This document shows positions 25,948 to 39,764 of a stretch of DNA of 64,000 bases, piece by piece. Both the position numbers and the translations under genes were made by a program. Source of the DNA: Octopus vulgaris (lineage: Eukaryota); NCBI GenBank assembly GCA_951406725.2, contig OX597826.1:70184001-70248000 (forward strand), given 5' to 3'. How positions within the stretch are numbered: position 1 is the first letter of the stretch; each line of letters begins with the position of its first letter. Below the pieces are notes generated by a model, which was given only the letters and a program-made list of their open reading frames with translations, was not told where the DNA came from and did not search any database.

Positions 25948-26329
25948 ATATTCTTTTCTACTCTAGACACAAGGCCCGAAATTTTGGGGGAGGGGGACCA
26001 GTGGATTAGATCGACCCCAGTGCACAACTGGTACTTAATTTATTGACCCCGAAAGCATGATAGGCAAAATCGACCTCGGCGGAATTTGAACTCAGAACGT
26101 AAAGACAGACGAAATACTTATTTCTTAACTACCCACAAGGGAGGACAAACAAGGACAGACAAACGGATTAAGTCGATTACATCGACCCCAGTGCGTAACT
26201 GGTACTTAATTTATTGACCCCGAAAGCATGATAGACAAAATCGACCTCGGCGGAATTTGAACTCAGAATATAAAGACAGACTAAATACCGCTAAGGATTT
26301 CGCCCGGCGTGCAAACGTTTCTGCCAGCT
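25948..26329 (-). mobile_element. SINE family A dimer (tail-1 unit followed by tail-2 unit)
   Basis: Junction gaaata-ct-tatttc at 26111-26124. Confidence 0.88.
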
Positions 26330-27124
26330 TAAATACAGCTTTTTCTTTTTTTAGTTTATCTTAGTCAGCAGATCCATCTTTATGTACAAGCACTCTACAC
26401 TACGAAAAAACCCATCAGCTCAGCCCTAATTGAATCGTTCTATCATCAAAGGCGTTCCAGTTGTGACCATTTCATCATCATCATCTCTCTCTCTCTCTCT
26501 CTCTCTCTTTAGACGGACATAGTCCAAGATACTAATTTAAGTTTCGTTTGTCTGTTCGTTGTTGTTGTTGTTGTTTTAATGGGACTTGGGGTAAATTTGA
26601 GGTAAATCGGCTTCTATTTCTTGAAGTTCGCTTGACCACCTAGAGACTCCCCCCTCCGCTCTCTGTGTTTTGCAGTGTGAATTCGACACAAAATACACAT
26701 TGTTGTTGTAGCTGTCTTTATTACAACATCAAACACAATGACTATTTGACAATTGGCTTTCTTCGATCTTTATTTTGTTTTTGTTTGTAAATAATAATAA
26801 TAATAATAATAATAATACTAATAAAATTATTTATAATCCAATTCTACTACTACTACTATAACCTGTTTCCCAGCGCATTGCGCTACGTTGCTTGCAGTCT
26901 GTTACGTGTTTTGTCTGGTGGGTAAAAGTTATGGGTTTGTGACTCATTCATTTACATATGTACACCTACATGTTTAGCAATTCCTTACCCATCCTGAGTG
27001 AAATGGGTGGAGGTGGTAGTAATAGTAGTAGTGGTGCTAGTGGTAGTGATATTGAAATAGGCCTGTAAATTAAATTAATGAGAACTAAAGCCAAACCACA
27101 CATTGTTATGCGTAAACGGTATAA

Positions 27125-28585
27125 GGGTGTTACAATCGTTAGAGCGTTAGATAAATTGCTGAGCGACATTTCTCTTTTGCTATTTTACGTTCTGAATTCA
27201 AATGCCGCCCAGGCCCTTCATCCTTTCGGGGTCGATAAAATAAGTACCAGTTGAACACTGGGATCGGTGTAATTGACTACCCGTCTTTCCTTAAAAATTG
27301 ATGGTCTTTTACCAAAATTCTTTCTTTCTTTCTTTATGCCTTTAACCCTCCAACGCGGAGTATAGGCCACTTGTAGTTGAATTCCATGTCGCATAATTTT
27401 GGGCTTCTGTACTTATACTCAGCCATGAATGTCCCCTTTTCTCTAGTTCCTTTTGTGTTGATGATCTCCACCACGAGTTCTTAGACCTACCTCTCCTTCT
27501 ATATCCATCCGGTTTCCACTGTAAAGCACTTTTCGCTACATTTGGTGTGTCTTTTCTAATTGTGCTGCCAATCCACTTCCAGTTTTTCTTAAATATTTGC
27601 TCCCTAATCGAAACTTCATTTGTTCTTTGCCATAGCTCCATATTGCTTATGTGTTCGGGCCATCTACTTTTAAGTATACTACGCAAGCATCTGTTGATGA
27701 ATGCTTGTATTTGCTTATTTGACTCAACTGTTGTTTCTCATGTCTCAAGCCCCATACAATAAAACTGATAGTTGACAAATCTTGTATTGATTTACCAAAA
27801 TTAGAAAGAAAAAATTATTAAGACGGTAGTCTCACGAGACTCGTTAGCACGTCAGACAAATGCTTAGCGGAATTTGTTCTGGTTCCTTGCGCTCTGAGTT
27901 CAAATTCCGCTGAGGTCGACTCTACCTTTAATCCTTTCAGGGTCGGTAAAATAAATCCCATTTGAGCACTGAGGTCGTTGTAATCGACTATCCATCTCTC
28001 CTTAAAATTGCTGGCCTCGTCTTAAAATCAGAAAGAAGAGAAAAATCATTAAAAACCATTAAGACGATGTGTTGGCAGAATCGTTAACACGTGGGACAAA
28101 TACTTAACAGAATTTGTTCTGATGCTTTGGGTTCAAGTTCCGTCGAAGTCAATTTTTAACTTTTATTCTTTTTATCGACCTCGGAGTTGGTAAAATTATT
28201 TGTAAAACACTGGCACCGATGCAATCGTCTTACCCCTCTTCCTAAAACTCTTGACCTTCTGCCAATATTTCAAGCAATTATGCGTAAAGAGAGTATTTTT
28301 TTAGCCCCGGGTCAGTGAGACCTGATCAAATGCTGTAGATCCCAGCTGTTCTGTTAGGAATAGGGATATGTAGTACTTTGGCGGAATCATTAGAGCGTTG
28401 GATAAAATGTTTTGCAGCATTTTCTTCAGGTTCTTTTACGTTCTGTGTTCGAATCCTGCTGAAGTAAACTTTATATTTCATTCTCCATCCCAGAAGTTGA
28501 TAAGAGTAAATTACCAATTGGATAGTGGGGTAGATGCAAAATGAACAACTTTCCTTCTGGTCTTGTGTCCATATTAGAAATATTT
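27125..28585 (+). mobile_element. Cluster of four degenerate head-to-tail SINE A-type copies (tail 3)
   Basis: Recurring aatcgttagc..ttctgagttcaaat..cctttcggggtcg..aaaattgctgg motifs near 27135, 27840, 28080 and 28385. Confidence 0.7.
27320..27790 (-). mobile_element. 5'-truncated RTE-clade LINE with a 12-bp TSD
   Basis: SVLLYG..QIQAFINRCLRSILKSRWPEHISNMELWQRT..WKWIGSTIRK..ALQWKPDGYRRRGRSKNSW is a typical RTE C-terminus. (AAAG)n tail. tttaccaaaatt at 27308-27319 and 27791-27802. Confidence 0.9.
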
Positions 28586-28679
28586 GATGTCCTTCGCTTT
28601 CTTAAGTCAAATGAGATAAGCTTGCAATGGTTTCCGGAAGTTCTAGCGACTCATATAGATTCGTGCACATACTGTATGT

Positions 28680-28983
28680 GTGTATATACATACATACATA
28701 CGCACACACAAGCTCACACACACACACACACACACACATATAGGCAAACATACATACACACGTACGTACATACATACATACATACATGCATACACCCATA
28801 CATACAAACATACATACATACATACATACACTCATACATACATATGTACATACACACACATATACACATACACACGTACATACATACATACACACATATA
28901 CACATACACACTACATACATACATACATACATACATACATACATACATACATACACACGTATATACATACATACATACATACA

Positions 28984-29012
<29 letters not shown>
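28680..29012. repeat. (TACA)n/(CA)n compound repeat
   Basis: Directly visible. Confidence 0.92.
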
Positions 29013-29014
<2 letters not shown>

Positions 29015-29821
29015 TGGTTCACCATTAGTAATGACTTCAAGGTTTCGGCTTTAAAACTGGTTTCTCAAAATGGCGGCTGTAAAGTGAAATTTTTTCGGGA
29101 GCCAGTGTGTTTGTTAACAAACACTCTGAGCAGTCCCTCAATGGTGATCCCTCTCGACCTTCCCCCATCGTCTAAACGCCAGGATATTGACATAATAAAT
29201 ACAGAATATGAAACCATAGATTAATTATTCAATTTTATTCAAGATCACCACGCCCCAGACTACATAACTATATCCAACGTAAGCTGTTTTAGAATTTCAG
29301 TTATTTAACAATAAATAGTAATAAACAATATAAGCATTTTTTTTCTTTTTGCTTAAACTAGGACATCAGGAAAGATATTTAAAATTTTCAATTTCTTTTT
29401 TATTTTGTTATTTTAATGGTGCCCTGGTTCACCTTGCGTTTTTTGTGCGATAGGAAATACAGTGCGCCGGGGGAAAAAAGGATCATAAAAAGAAGAAAAG
29501 CTGGGTATATTTTCTTCTTTTGGTGGTTTAAGCATGCATTTATCAATCTAGATCTGGAATCGTTGTGGCACTCCGTCGTTTACTTGGTAACTAGCGTTGG
29601 TTTGTTCACGTCCCTGAAACTTACCGCTTCGACCAAAATAGACGGATACAGTAAACACCAGACTTTCGAATAAATAGTTCTGGGGTTGATTTGATCGATG
29701 AATCAAACCCTTCATGTGGTGCCCCACCAGGGATGCAGTCCAGTGATTGAAACGAGTAAAAGTATGAATGTGTGTCTCTGTGTGTATATAAATAAATAAA
29801 TAAATATATATATATATATAT

Positions 29822-29998
29822 CACAAAAACACAACAACGCGAGGACGTGGAACAAATATGGTATTATTGGACGCTCAGGAAAGAAGGAGGGTTTAACGTT
29901 TCGAGCGGAGCTCTTCGTCGGAAACATAGGAAAAGGAAAGATCCAGAGAAGAGAAGACAGAGGAAAAAAATCGCCAACGGTACACACGAGGTCACATA
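29822..29998 (-). mobile_element. Short hammerhead-bearing element, copy 2
   Basis: Homologous to 1205-1424. Its 3' end abuts (TA)n. Confidence 0.72.
29891..29925 (-). ncRNA. Minimal type I hammerhead ribozyme-like motif
   Basis: gttt-CCGACGA-a-gagc(tcc)gctc-GAAAC-gtt-aaac. U4C variant, GUU triplet. Confidence 0.62.
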
Positions 29999-30256
29999 TA
30001 TATATGCATATATATATGTGTATGTGTGTGTGTAAATGCACCATGTGTTACATGTTGCCCATTTTAATTTCACTGCTTTTTTTTTTATTTGTCCGCGGCC
30101 ATGCTGGAGCCTTTCATATGAGGTGTAGTGTACGTTTTTCTGCTTCTTAATAATTTTTTTTATTGCTGAGTCATAAGCGGAAAGTGTCTGGCTGTCTACA
30201 GGTAGACACATACCCATCCCCCTACACGTCATGGAGTCATAACTACACACATATAT

Positions 30257-30407
<151 letters not shown>

Positions 30408-31405
30408 CATATAGATAATATATAAGACATGTATAGTCAATGACTGTTTTATGGCGCACAAGCAGACGACACTCCTGCTGAAAAAAAAGTCGAGGGTGTT
30501 TTTGTATTCAGAGAAGCACAAGCAGGTTATTCACGTGGTCTTAAGTCATTCAGTTTGTATTACTTTGTTGGCCGTTCTTTTATTTATGTACCTTGGTTGC
30601 AGGTTTAACTGGTACTATATTCTCACACACACAGACACGCATACGCACGTACTAACAGTCATACAGACAGTGACTGACATACAAATACGCACGCGCGCGC
30701 ACTCACGCTCGCCTGTATAACTTTATTCAATAGTAAACGAAAGACTGAGTCAGCCGTTCTCACGTTTTAAACACATATACAAACACACACACACACATGT
30801 ATTCATACGCGCATGTATACATACGCGAACACACGCGTATCGAATTCTGATGGCTGACCAGTGCAATAATTGATGTTTTATTGGCACATTCGCATCGCTG
30901 GAGACTTGGGTCTCCGGTTTTCGGAGGAGAAACTCGTTTGGTTTCATCTCTTTGAAGTATTCGTGTCAATAAGATCTTATGGGTTTTTACTTCTGACTGA
31001 TCTTTCAAACTGTAAAGAGGCCTCGCCAACATTAAAAAGACTTTTGCGACTTTTGTTTTGTTTCATTTTGCTTTCGTGTACGCCTGTCTCTATGTGTGTG
31101 TGTATGTGTGTTTGTATGTGTCTCTGTTTCCGTGTGTATTTGATGAATGGCAGTGATATTGGCCATGTTCCTATGTTATTGCCGTTATTTAATCAACCGT
31201 GTCAAGATGATAGCAAACAGACCCATTAAATGCTACTTCCTTCTCTATCAGTGTCTTCCTCTCTTTCCCAGACTCTGCTGCAGTGGTATAACACGAGAGT
31301 CCTACCGAATGATTGCGGTAAGATGTACGTGGAATAACCTTGTGTGTGTAATACACACACACACACACACACACACTCACATGCATACATACATATATAT
31401 ATACA

Positions 31406-31777
31406 CGAGCAAAACGCACTCCGTCCAATGGACGGTGCTGAGTTGTCAAACATTTAAACCAAATTTTCTCAAAACAATTTGTCCGACCGTCCCATAAGCT
31501 TCCCCTTTGAGATACACTGATTTAACCTAAATTTGAGACACCAGCAAAAGAAGAAATAAAGATAGACTTGTTTTCTATTCCAAGAAAAACAATTTTACAA
31601 ATGCATGTTCCCACGGCTTTATCGACGACATTCTCACCTGGAATCGATTTTCGTAATTTTTTCAAGACTTATACACGCCCTGATACCGTTGGTATCTACT
31701 TATCAAATTTGAGCGCAATCGAATGGAGGATGCCCGAGATCCTAGAAGCCACACACACACATAGAACGGATTTTATA

Positions 31778-31780
<3 letters not shown>
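31406..31780 (-). mobile_element. Helitron-like non-autonomous element, second family
   Basis: Inverted homolog of 37121-37488. TC start, hairpin gcaccgtccattggacggagtgc, CTCG|T end. Confidence 0.7.
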
Positions 31781-31819
<39 letters not shown>

Positions 31820-31821
<2 letters not shown>

Positions 31822-31984
31822 GACGGGCTTCTTTCAGTTTCAGTCTACCAAATCCACTCACAAGGCTTTGGTCGGCCCGAGGCTATAGTAGAAGACACTT
31901 GCCCATGGTGTCACGCAGTAGGACTGTACCCTGAGCCATGTGGTTCGTAAGCAAGCTACTTACCACACAGCCACTCCTACGCCT
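31820..31984 (-). mobile_element. SINE family B 5' half
   Basis: cgacgggcttctttcagtt..cagccactcctacgcct. Confidence 0.88.
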
Positions 31985-32709
31985 ATATGTATGTATGTAT
32001 AACCTTGAGTACAAACTCTCTGCATATGTAAGGGTCCCCTTCGTATCTGTTGTGTTGACGGATGGATAAGTCCTGCACCGAGCAATGGTAGATATGGAAA
32101 GCAACCCTCGAATTTTAAAATACACAGACGTGAAACTACAACTGCCATAGATAGATGTGTAAAGCACTGTAGTTGGCCCATGGGGGCGCTTCTTAACAAT
32201 CCACACATCCTACTGCTGAAAGAGAGAGCGGGAGAGGTAGAGAGAGAGAAAGAGAGTGAGACGGAGGGTATGGGGTAAAATCGATGTGACCTTTACTATA
32301 CTATTAGACAAGATCAAGTGCTCCGCCCGACATACACTTGTCATTAAATGAGAAGTGGTGGTGGTGGGTTTGTGTCCTTCTGTTAAGAGAGTAATGCTGT
32401 GAGAACCAGCGCTGGACCCACCGCATTGACTGTGTGATCTACATAGGTTTAATGGATGGTAGTTGTTGTTTCTGTATTTTATTACTGTTGTTGTTGTTAA
32501 CGCTGAGAGCAACTTTAGGGAATTAAGTTATATATGTGTGTCACTCACAACTGTGCGGAAGCCGTCGGAGACGCCGAAATGAATGCGCGAGCGTGCATCA
32601 CAAGCTCAGTCAGGGATCGTGTAGAGATTACAACTTAAAACAAGTACTCAATGTAGAGTTATAAATGTAGAGTCAAAATTTCTTCCATCTACTTTTCTAT
32701 CTATCTGTT

Positions 32710-32743
<34 letters not shown>

Positions 32744-32845
32744 TCTATCCATCTATCTATCTTCATGGTGTATCTATCTCTATCTAGCTGTCTGTCTGTC
32801 TATCTTTATGGTGTATCTGTCTCTATATATCTAACTGTCTGTTTG

Positions 32846-32891
<46 letters not shown>

Positions 32892-32991
32892 CATACACAC
32901 ACATATATATGCTCTGTGTATGTATGTGTGTGTGTGCATGCGAAAGCATATATGTATTACACCAAAATTTGAACCACTTCTCTTATTATTT

Positions 32992-33205
32992 GGCGGCGAA
33001 GTAGCAGGGTCGTTATAGCGCGCTGGCAAAATGCCGCGAAGCATTTTGCTCGTCTTTACGATCTGAGTTCAAATACTGCCGAAGTCGACGATGACTTTCT
33101 TTATTTCAAGGTCGATGAAATAAGTACCAGTTGATCATTAGTCGATGTAATCGACCAAGCCCGCTTCCTCTAAAATTTCAGGCATTGTACCTATAAGTAG
33201 AGAGG
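32992..33205 (+). mobile_element. SINE family A, diverged, tail 2
   Basis: ggcggcgaagtagcag..ctgagttcaaat..aagtaccagtt..aaatttcaggcattgtacct. Confidence 0.78.
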
Positions 33206-34365
33206 TTTATTACTATTGTTACCACCTATCACTCAATTTGTCTCGTTGCTTCGAGAGGGGAGGAGAATCGTGGAGGACCACAGCGTTTTTTCCCAGAAAT
33301 GGAGAAAATTTGAGGGAAGAGCTATCGGGGTCTTCTTGCATGAAGAAGGGAAATAGTTAGGTGAGCTTCTTTATGTTAGTGGAAATGTCCAAAGATGGAC
33401 CGATGTACTTGAGTGGAACGGAAATAGAAGAAGAAAACAGAAGTTAAACTTTATTATTAGATGTCAGGACCGTTGTTGGAAGAAGAAAAGAAAAAGCAGA
33501 ATTTGCGCTCGACTAAAGGCGGTGCTCCAGCATGGCCGCAGTCAAATGACTGAAACAAGTAAGAGAGTATATATATCTATGTATATAGATATATATATAT
33601 ACACATATGCATACCACTAGACGACAAGCATGCTCACACATTGCCTGATCTCATCCGTATAAATTAAAAGGCACACACACACACACACACATTGACAAAG
33701 GACACACGTACACACATTCATACAGTCGAACACAGACACACACACACACAGAAGCAGACATGGAGCAGACATCAGACAAGGAGACAACAGACACCTCATT
33801 AGGTGGTGGTGGATTGTTAGGTGGCGGCGGTGGGAGGAGAGGTGGAAGTGACGATAGAAAGCGAGAGAGGGGGAGGGAGGGAAGAAGGAAGAGTGAAGCT
33901 TCCACAGCAGACAGTGTTGAGAGAGGATTATAAAGGTAGAGGGGGAAAGGAAAGGGAAGGGGAGGGGGAGGAAGAAGAAGAGGTGAAGGAGGAGTAGGAG
34001 GATGATGACCTTGATTAGATGAGGTGGTAGGAGGAACGATGTTGATATTAGTGCTGATGATGTCTGTGATGGAGATAATGTCTGTGATGATTGATATATC
34101 CACAAACATTCTCCTAATATACATGTGTGTAGATAGAGAGATAGAGAGATAAATAGATAGATAGAGAGAGAGACAGAGACAGAGACAGACAGAAAGATAG
34201 AGAGAGACCTGTCCATAATTATGGTTCCTTTTTGTCGTTGCTGTTGTTATAAACTGGTGTATCGTATGTGCTTAATAAGCTACAACACTTCATTTCCTTG
34301 ATATATGTAACGGAGGGAAATGTTTGCTAAATCGTGTATGTGTGTCTGTAGGTGCCTCTTAAACA

Positions 34366-34500
34366 TACAATAATCCCTCGACTGTCGCGAGTGTTATGTT
34401 CCAAAACACCCGCGATAGGTGAAAATCCGCGAAGTAGAAACAGTACTGTTCTGTATATTTTATTGTCTGTATTTATTGTATTATAAATGCAAAATATTGC
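34366..34500 (+). mobile_element. pogo/Tigger-like MITE end
   Basis: TA|caataatccctcgac..cccgcgataggtgaaaatccgcgaagta resembles Tigger-type terminal motifs. No partner end was found. Confidence 0.45.
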
Positions 34501-34522
34501 GGAGGAATCGACGGATTACTAT

Positions 34523-34561
<39 letters not shown>

Positions 34562-34562
<1 letters not shown>

Positions 34563-34725
34563 ATTTAGAGGACTGACCACTAAAAGTGGACAGCCTATAC
34601 GCTAGATATAGGCCATTTTCCACGAAGAATGTGCTCTCAAGAAAAAAACTTCGTGGAAAATGGCGATTTTGACGTCTATATCTAGCGTATAGGCTGTCCA
34701 CTTTTAGTGGTCAGTCCTCTAAATT
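34562..34725. mobile_element. Palindromic MITE with perfect 50-bp arms
   Basis: 34562-34611 and 34676-34725 form a perfect inverted repeat. Inner 16-bp inverted repeat at 34612-34627 / 34649-34664. Confidence 0.88.
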
Positions 34726-35108
34726 TTGTATGTAAAAAAATTTTAATCTTCGGATATTTTTTTAAATATGCAGGGCCACTGGTTTTAATTGATTAATATC
34801 AATTTCTACCCTTATTTAATTATATATACATATATATATATATGGATTGTAATATAATATACATATATGTATATATTGTATTATTAGATTATTGCTCGCG
34901 TGTGTGTATGTGTGTGCCTGTGTTCGTGTACACATGCGCATACATACACTCACAAATTGTGTATGTATTGCGTACAGACACATACAATAAGCATTCCGAT
35001 TAAAACTCTCGAAATCGCAAGAAGTTAAAGGTCATATATTGTGCCTCACTCTCGTTCCATGCCTTAACCTACGCCGCCATCATCCCGTTGTGTCTCACTA
35101 GAAAATCG

Positions 35109-35172
<64 letters not shown>

Positions 35173-35784
35173 CCCATGCTGTTGTAACATGCAAATGGTA
35201 AACAACTTCATAAAAGATATAAGCCAATATTGTTGACATTTCAAGCTATTATGATCTTACACGCAAACTACTAAGAAACAGCGCCGATACCTCCACCGCC
35301 ACGGCATACATCTCACCACCACCAACAACAACAACACCATCTTCAACATCGCTAACTGATCATTCACTTATGCACTACTTGATCCCCAGAATGCTTTTTC
35401 TTTTCATGTTTGTTGTCCAAATCCATTTTGTCTCTTCACACATTTTCCAAATGTTTTGAATATTTCATTTCGTAGATTTCGCTTTCTTGGAGTTGTGGGG
35501 CCATGCTTTGTCACCCATCTTCAAGGTGTTTATTTTATTTCCATTATCCTGTAGGAAAATGTAAGTCACGGGGAATTTACAGTGATACGCAAACACACAC
35601 ATATACACATTTTTACATATACATATATACATACATACACTTTTTTTTTCATTTTTAATTGGTAGAAATTTAGGAAAATGATTCAAAGTCGAAGTATTGT
35701 ACGCGTATCACACACGTTTTTTCTTGGCTCTCTTCTTTTTTCTTTCTTTTCTTCCGTCTCCTCATAGTCTTTCTTGGACTTTCT

Positions 35785-35821
35785 AGTACCTGACGAAAGA
35801 CTATGTCCGAAACGTTATACT
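35785..35821 (+). ncRNA. Minimal hammerhead ribozyme-like motif (in element ~35700-35905, copy 3)
   Basis: agtac-CTGACGA-a-agac(tat)gtcc-GAAAC-gtt-atact. Canonical core, one mismatch each in helix I and helix II. Confidence 0.6.
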
Positions 35822-35904
35822 TTAACTTTTTTTCATTCTCTAAGCGTTAGCCTAAGAATATTAAACATAAACGTCCCTTGGACATTTTTTGATATTTCCA
35901 TTTA

Positions 35905-35945
<41 letters not shown>

Positions 35946-36454
35946 CCTCCTTCGTCTCTGTATGTATATACATGCTCACGTGTACGCATGCTACTGGGCT
36001 CTAAACTATAAAACGCCCTAGTTATAAATGGAATTTATAAAAGAAAGAAAAAAACTTATACTAGTTCTTTCCCTTTAAAGTCGATGAATTTTAATACCAG
36101 TAAAATACTGAAGCAACTTTATATTCTAACATTGCAGTGTTTCTTTAATTAATACCGTCCTCACAAGAAAAAGTGAAATTTTTGGCTCCCCAGCTCGTTA
36201 TTAAAGATACTGTTTGGATTCATAGAATTCGTTCTTCGCAATGGTCTTCGACGAAGCAGTTTGCCCAAACTTTTTTACAATGATCTCAGACACTTCTAAG
36301 GAGCGGGTGTTGTCCGTTCCCAAGAAATAATTTATAAGGCATTCTTGACATGAATGAAACGTAAACTAACTTAGCCTTTATTCTATTCCAGGGGCGGTCA
36401 TAGATAGTACTAGTCAAATACTTGGGATGGATTTAATATCCCTATGAAGTGTCA

Positions 36455-37094
36455 AAGCGGCGAGTTGGCAGAATCGTTAGCGCGCCGGATAAAGTATTTG
36501 GGGGCATTTCTTCCGGTTCTTTACCGTCTGAGTTGAAATTCCACCAAGTCGACTTTGCTTGCCTTTCATCCTTTCGTGGGTCGATAAGATAAAAGTCGAT
36601 GTATACTTAACCCTCAACACCTAATAAAAATTATAACCGGTGTTGTGCCAAAATTTGAAGCCATTATTTCCGATTTATTAAATTCTGAGTTGAAATTCGG
36701 CCGAGGCCAGCTTTTGACATTCATCCGTTTGGGGTCGATATCATGAAGTACCGGTCGATCTTTGTGCTTCACCTAAAATTACTGGTCTTGTTCCAAAATT
36801 TGAAACAATTATTATGATACGTCTCAGACGTGAATGGAACTAGAAGTGAGGGCTATAGATAAAAACAATATTGATTTCAAATTTTGGCTCAAGGCCACTA
36901 AATTCGGAGGAGCGGATGGGGGTTTTAAGTCGATTACATCAACCCCAGTGTTCAACTGATACTTATTTTATCAACCCCGAAAAGATGAAAGGTGAAGTCG
37001 ACTTCTGCGAATTTTGGACTGAGAAAGTTAAGCCAGACGACATGGCGCTTAGTATATTGGCCAGCGTATCAACAATAATGCCAGCTCGCCGCCT
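36455..37094. mobile_element. Three diverged SINE A copies (two +, one -)
   Basis: gcggcgagttggcagaatcgttagc head at ~36458 and a minus-strand copy ending gctcgccgcc at ~37093. Confidence 0.78.
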
Positions 37095-37120
37095 TAGAGA
37101 TAAAGACAATATTAGAGTTA

Positions 37121-37488
37121 TCTCTTACATAAAATCTGTTCTGTCTGTCTGTGTGTATGTGTGTGTGTGTGTCTTCTAGGATCTCGGGCATCCTCCATCC
37201 GATTGCGCTCAAATTATATATGTAGATACCGACGGTATCAGGACGTGTATAAGTCTTGAAAAAAATTTTTAAATCGGTTCCAGGTGAGAATGCAATGGAT
37301 AAAGCCGAGGGAAATCGTTTTTCTTTGGAATAGAAAAAAAGTCTATCTTTATTTCTTCTTTTGCTGGTGTCTCAAATTTAGGTTAAATCAGTGTTTCCCC
37401 AAGGGGAGGCCTATGGGACGGTCGGACAAGTTGTTTTGAGAAAATTTGGCTTAAACGTTTAACAACTCAGCACCGTCCTTTTTGCTCG
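37121..37488 (+). mobile_element. Helitron-like non-autonomous element, second family
   Basis: A|TC start, internal GTCT/GT microsatellite, CTCG|T end. Homolog at 31406-31780(-). Confidence 0.7.
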
Positions 37489-37712
37489 TTACATCATATG
37501 ATCCATTAGCGTAATGTTCCAACCAGCGCCAAAGCTTATAAACTTCCAAGTTTCAACCAGGACCCGATTCCCGATTTTAACGGGCGGCGGTTACTACGTT
37601 CCCATCGCCACCATCATTACTACCACTACACTACATATATGTCTATTATATAAACAAGTAACCACGATGTCCATATCGTATTTTTGTCTGGTCTAGACTC
37701 TGCTGTTATATG

Positions 37713-37767
<55 letters not shown>

Positions 37768-38449
37768 GGGGTCTGGCGCTTTGGCCTCCCGTATAACTTA
37801 CTACTCTCACTTACTGTCACCATTACCCTATCGACACCATCTCTGCCTCCGCTATATCCCTCTACTACTACTACTACTTCAACTACCACACACCACCACC
37901 ACCACCACCACCTGTATTATAAGTACTAGTTAAGTCTAGCATTCCCCCCCTTAACTTCTATAACCAACCACTCGGCTAGCATCACCACCTCCAACACTAC
38001 TCCCTCACCAATCATGCACATTAGCATCATCATCATCACCATTATTATAAACACCGCACAACCGCCACTCTCCACCTCCACCTCCACCACCACCACTACC
38101 ACCGCTGTCTTCCCCGCCGTCGTCACAACGATCTCCGCTCGCCATTTCTATCACCACCACCATCACCGCCTCCGCTACTGGTAGTCAGGCCTAACATTCC
38201 TCCTCCCCACCGTTACTTCCTACCTCCACCTCCGCCTGTCTGCCTTATCTCCTCCTCCTCCTCCACCGCCTGTCTGTGTCCCATGGTTGCCCTCTCTTGT
38301 TCAATAATTGTTGTTATTGTTATCATTGCGCAGTGTAACTGCTGGTTGACAACATGTGTATAATATATATGTATGTATATGTGTGTGTATACACACACAT
38401 GCATATATACATGTGTATATACACACTTGCAAACTTGTATATATATATA

Positions 38450-38836
38450 TCTTTATATATAAAAGTGAAGTTGTGCGTCTGTCTCCTACGATTTAGATTC
38501 CTAACTACTCCCACATTTTGCGGTGCAGTTTCACCAAAACCGGGTATCTTATAGTCGTGATTCATATCGAGCCCTTCTGGGTATTAGCGCACGTCTACGA
38601 TTTTAAAAAAAATTTACCATCATTTTTTTCCATTTTAATGCATTTTTTTCGCTATTATATAAGGGAAGTAACTCTCTAAAAATGTCTACGATAAGTCAAC
38701 GATTTAAAATAAAATTTACCATCATTTTTTTCCATTTTTAATGCATTTTTTTGCTACTTTTTGGCTATAACTCTCTAAAAATGCTTATATAGTTATTTCC
38801 CTTACAAACCCGAGCAACGCCAGGTAATACTGCTAG
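38450..38836 (+). mobile_element. Non-autonomous Helitron with an internal tandem duplication
   Basis: A|TC start, hairpin cccgagcaacgccagg, CTAG|T end. Internal block aaatttaccatcattttttt-ccattttaatgcatttttt..taactctctaaaaatg occurs twice. Confidence 0.85.
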
Positions 38837-39249
38837 TATATATATATAAACACACAAACCCCAAATACGCATATACGTACACATTCTTATATATATATAT
38901 ATATATATATATCTAAGAATGTGTATGTATGTGCGTATATGGGGTTTGTGTGTTTATAAACTTAGGTTTCGGCTGATATCGGGCCATGTTTTTAACCTAG
39001 CAGCACCACCTGCCAAATATGCTCTTTCTCTCTCCTCTCCCTCTCACACACACTACGTACATATTTTTGGCTGGTCGAGTAGCCCGTTACCCAAGAGTTT
39101 TCCTCGAATGGGTTAAAAAACTTGCTCTTTAGGTTCTCTCTCCTCTCCCTCTGTGTGTGTCTATCTATATATCTGAATACCTATACACACACACAAAATC
39201 GAGCACGGGATGTTTTGGGCCAAGTTGCCAGTTTTCCTTCTTTTGAGAT

Positions 39250-39523
39250 CAGTGGTTCCCAAAGTGGACGGTATTGACCCCTTGGATGCGGTGGAAAGTT
39301 CCAAGGGGGCGTTGTAGTGTTTCATATAAAAATTGGGGCGATAATCGAGTGGTGATCCACGTAAAAACAACAAATGGGTTCATTAGGTTAAGTTTTATTT
39401 ATGAAATACAGTTGTTTTGAATTTGCTTCAGGAAGAGGTCTACGCTTGGTTAGTTGGAGTGGGGGAGCTAGGACTGGCCTGGGTGTCAAGGGGCGGCAGC
39501 CCGAAAAAGTTGGGGAACCACTG
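39250..39523. mobile_element. hAT (Charlie-like) MITE
   Basis: TIRs cagtggttccc / gggaaccactg. 8-bp TSD tttgagat / ttttagat. Confidence 0.88.
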
Positions 39524-39764
39524 TTTTAGATGAACATCGGTGACATGGTAAAAGGGAGGCTTGCAATGCATCGGTAACTGTCGGTTTTCCTGAAGAGAAA
39601 TCTTACCAGGGCCTGCGCATACACGTGCAGATACGTAACCAACCACAATCGACGGAGATTCTCTCATCCATCTGAAGGCCTAAAAACTACACACTAGGGT
39701 TCCTCATTAACTTGTAAATTAAAATCTTACGAAATTAATCGTTCCTGTTATTTTTTTTTTAGTT

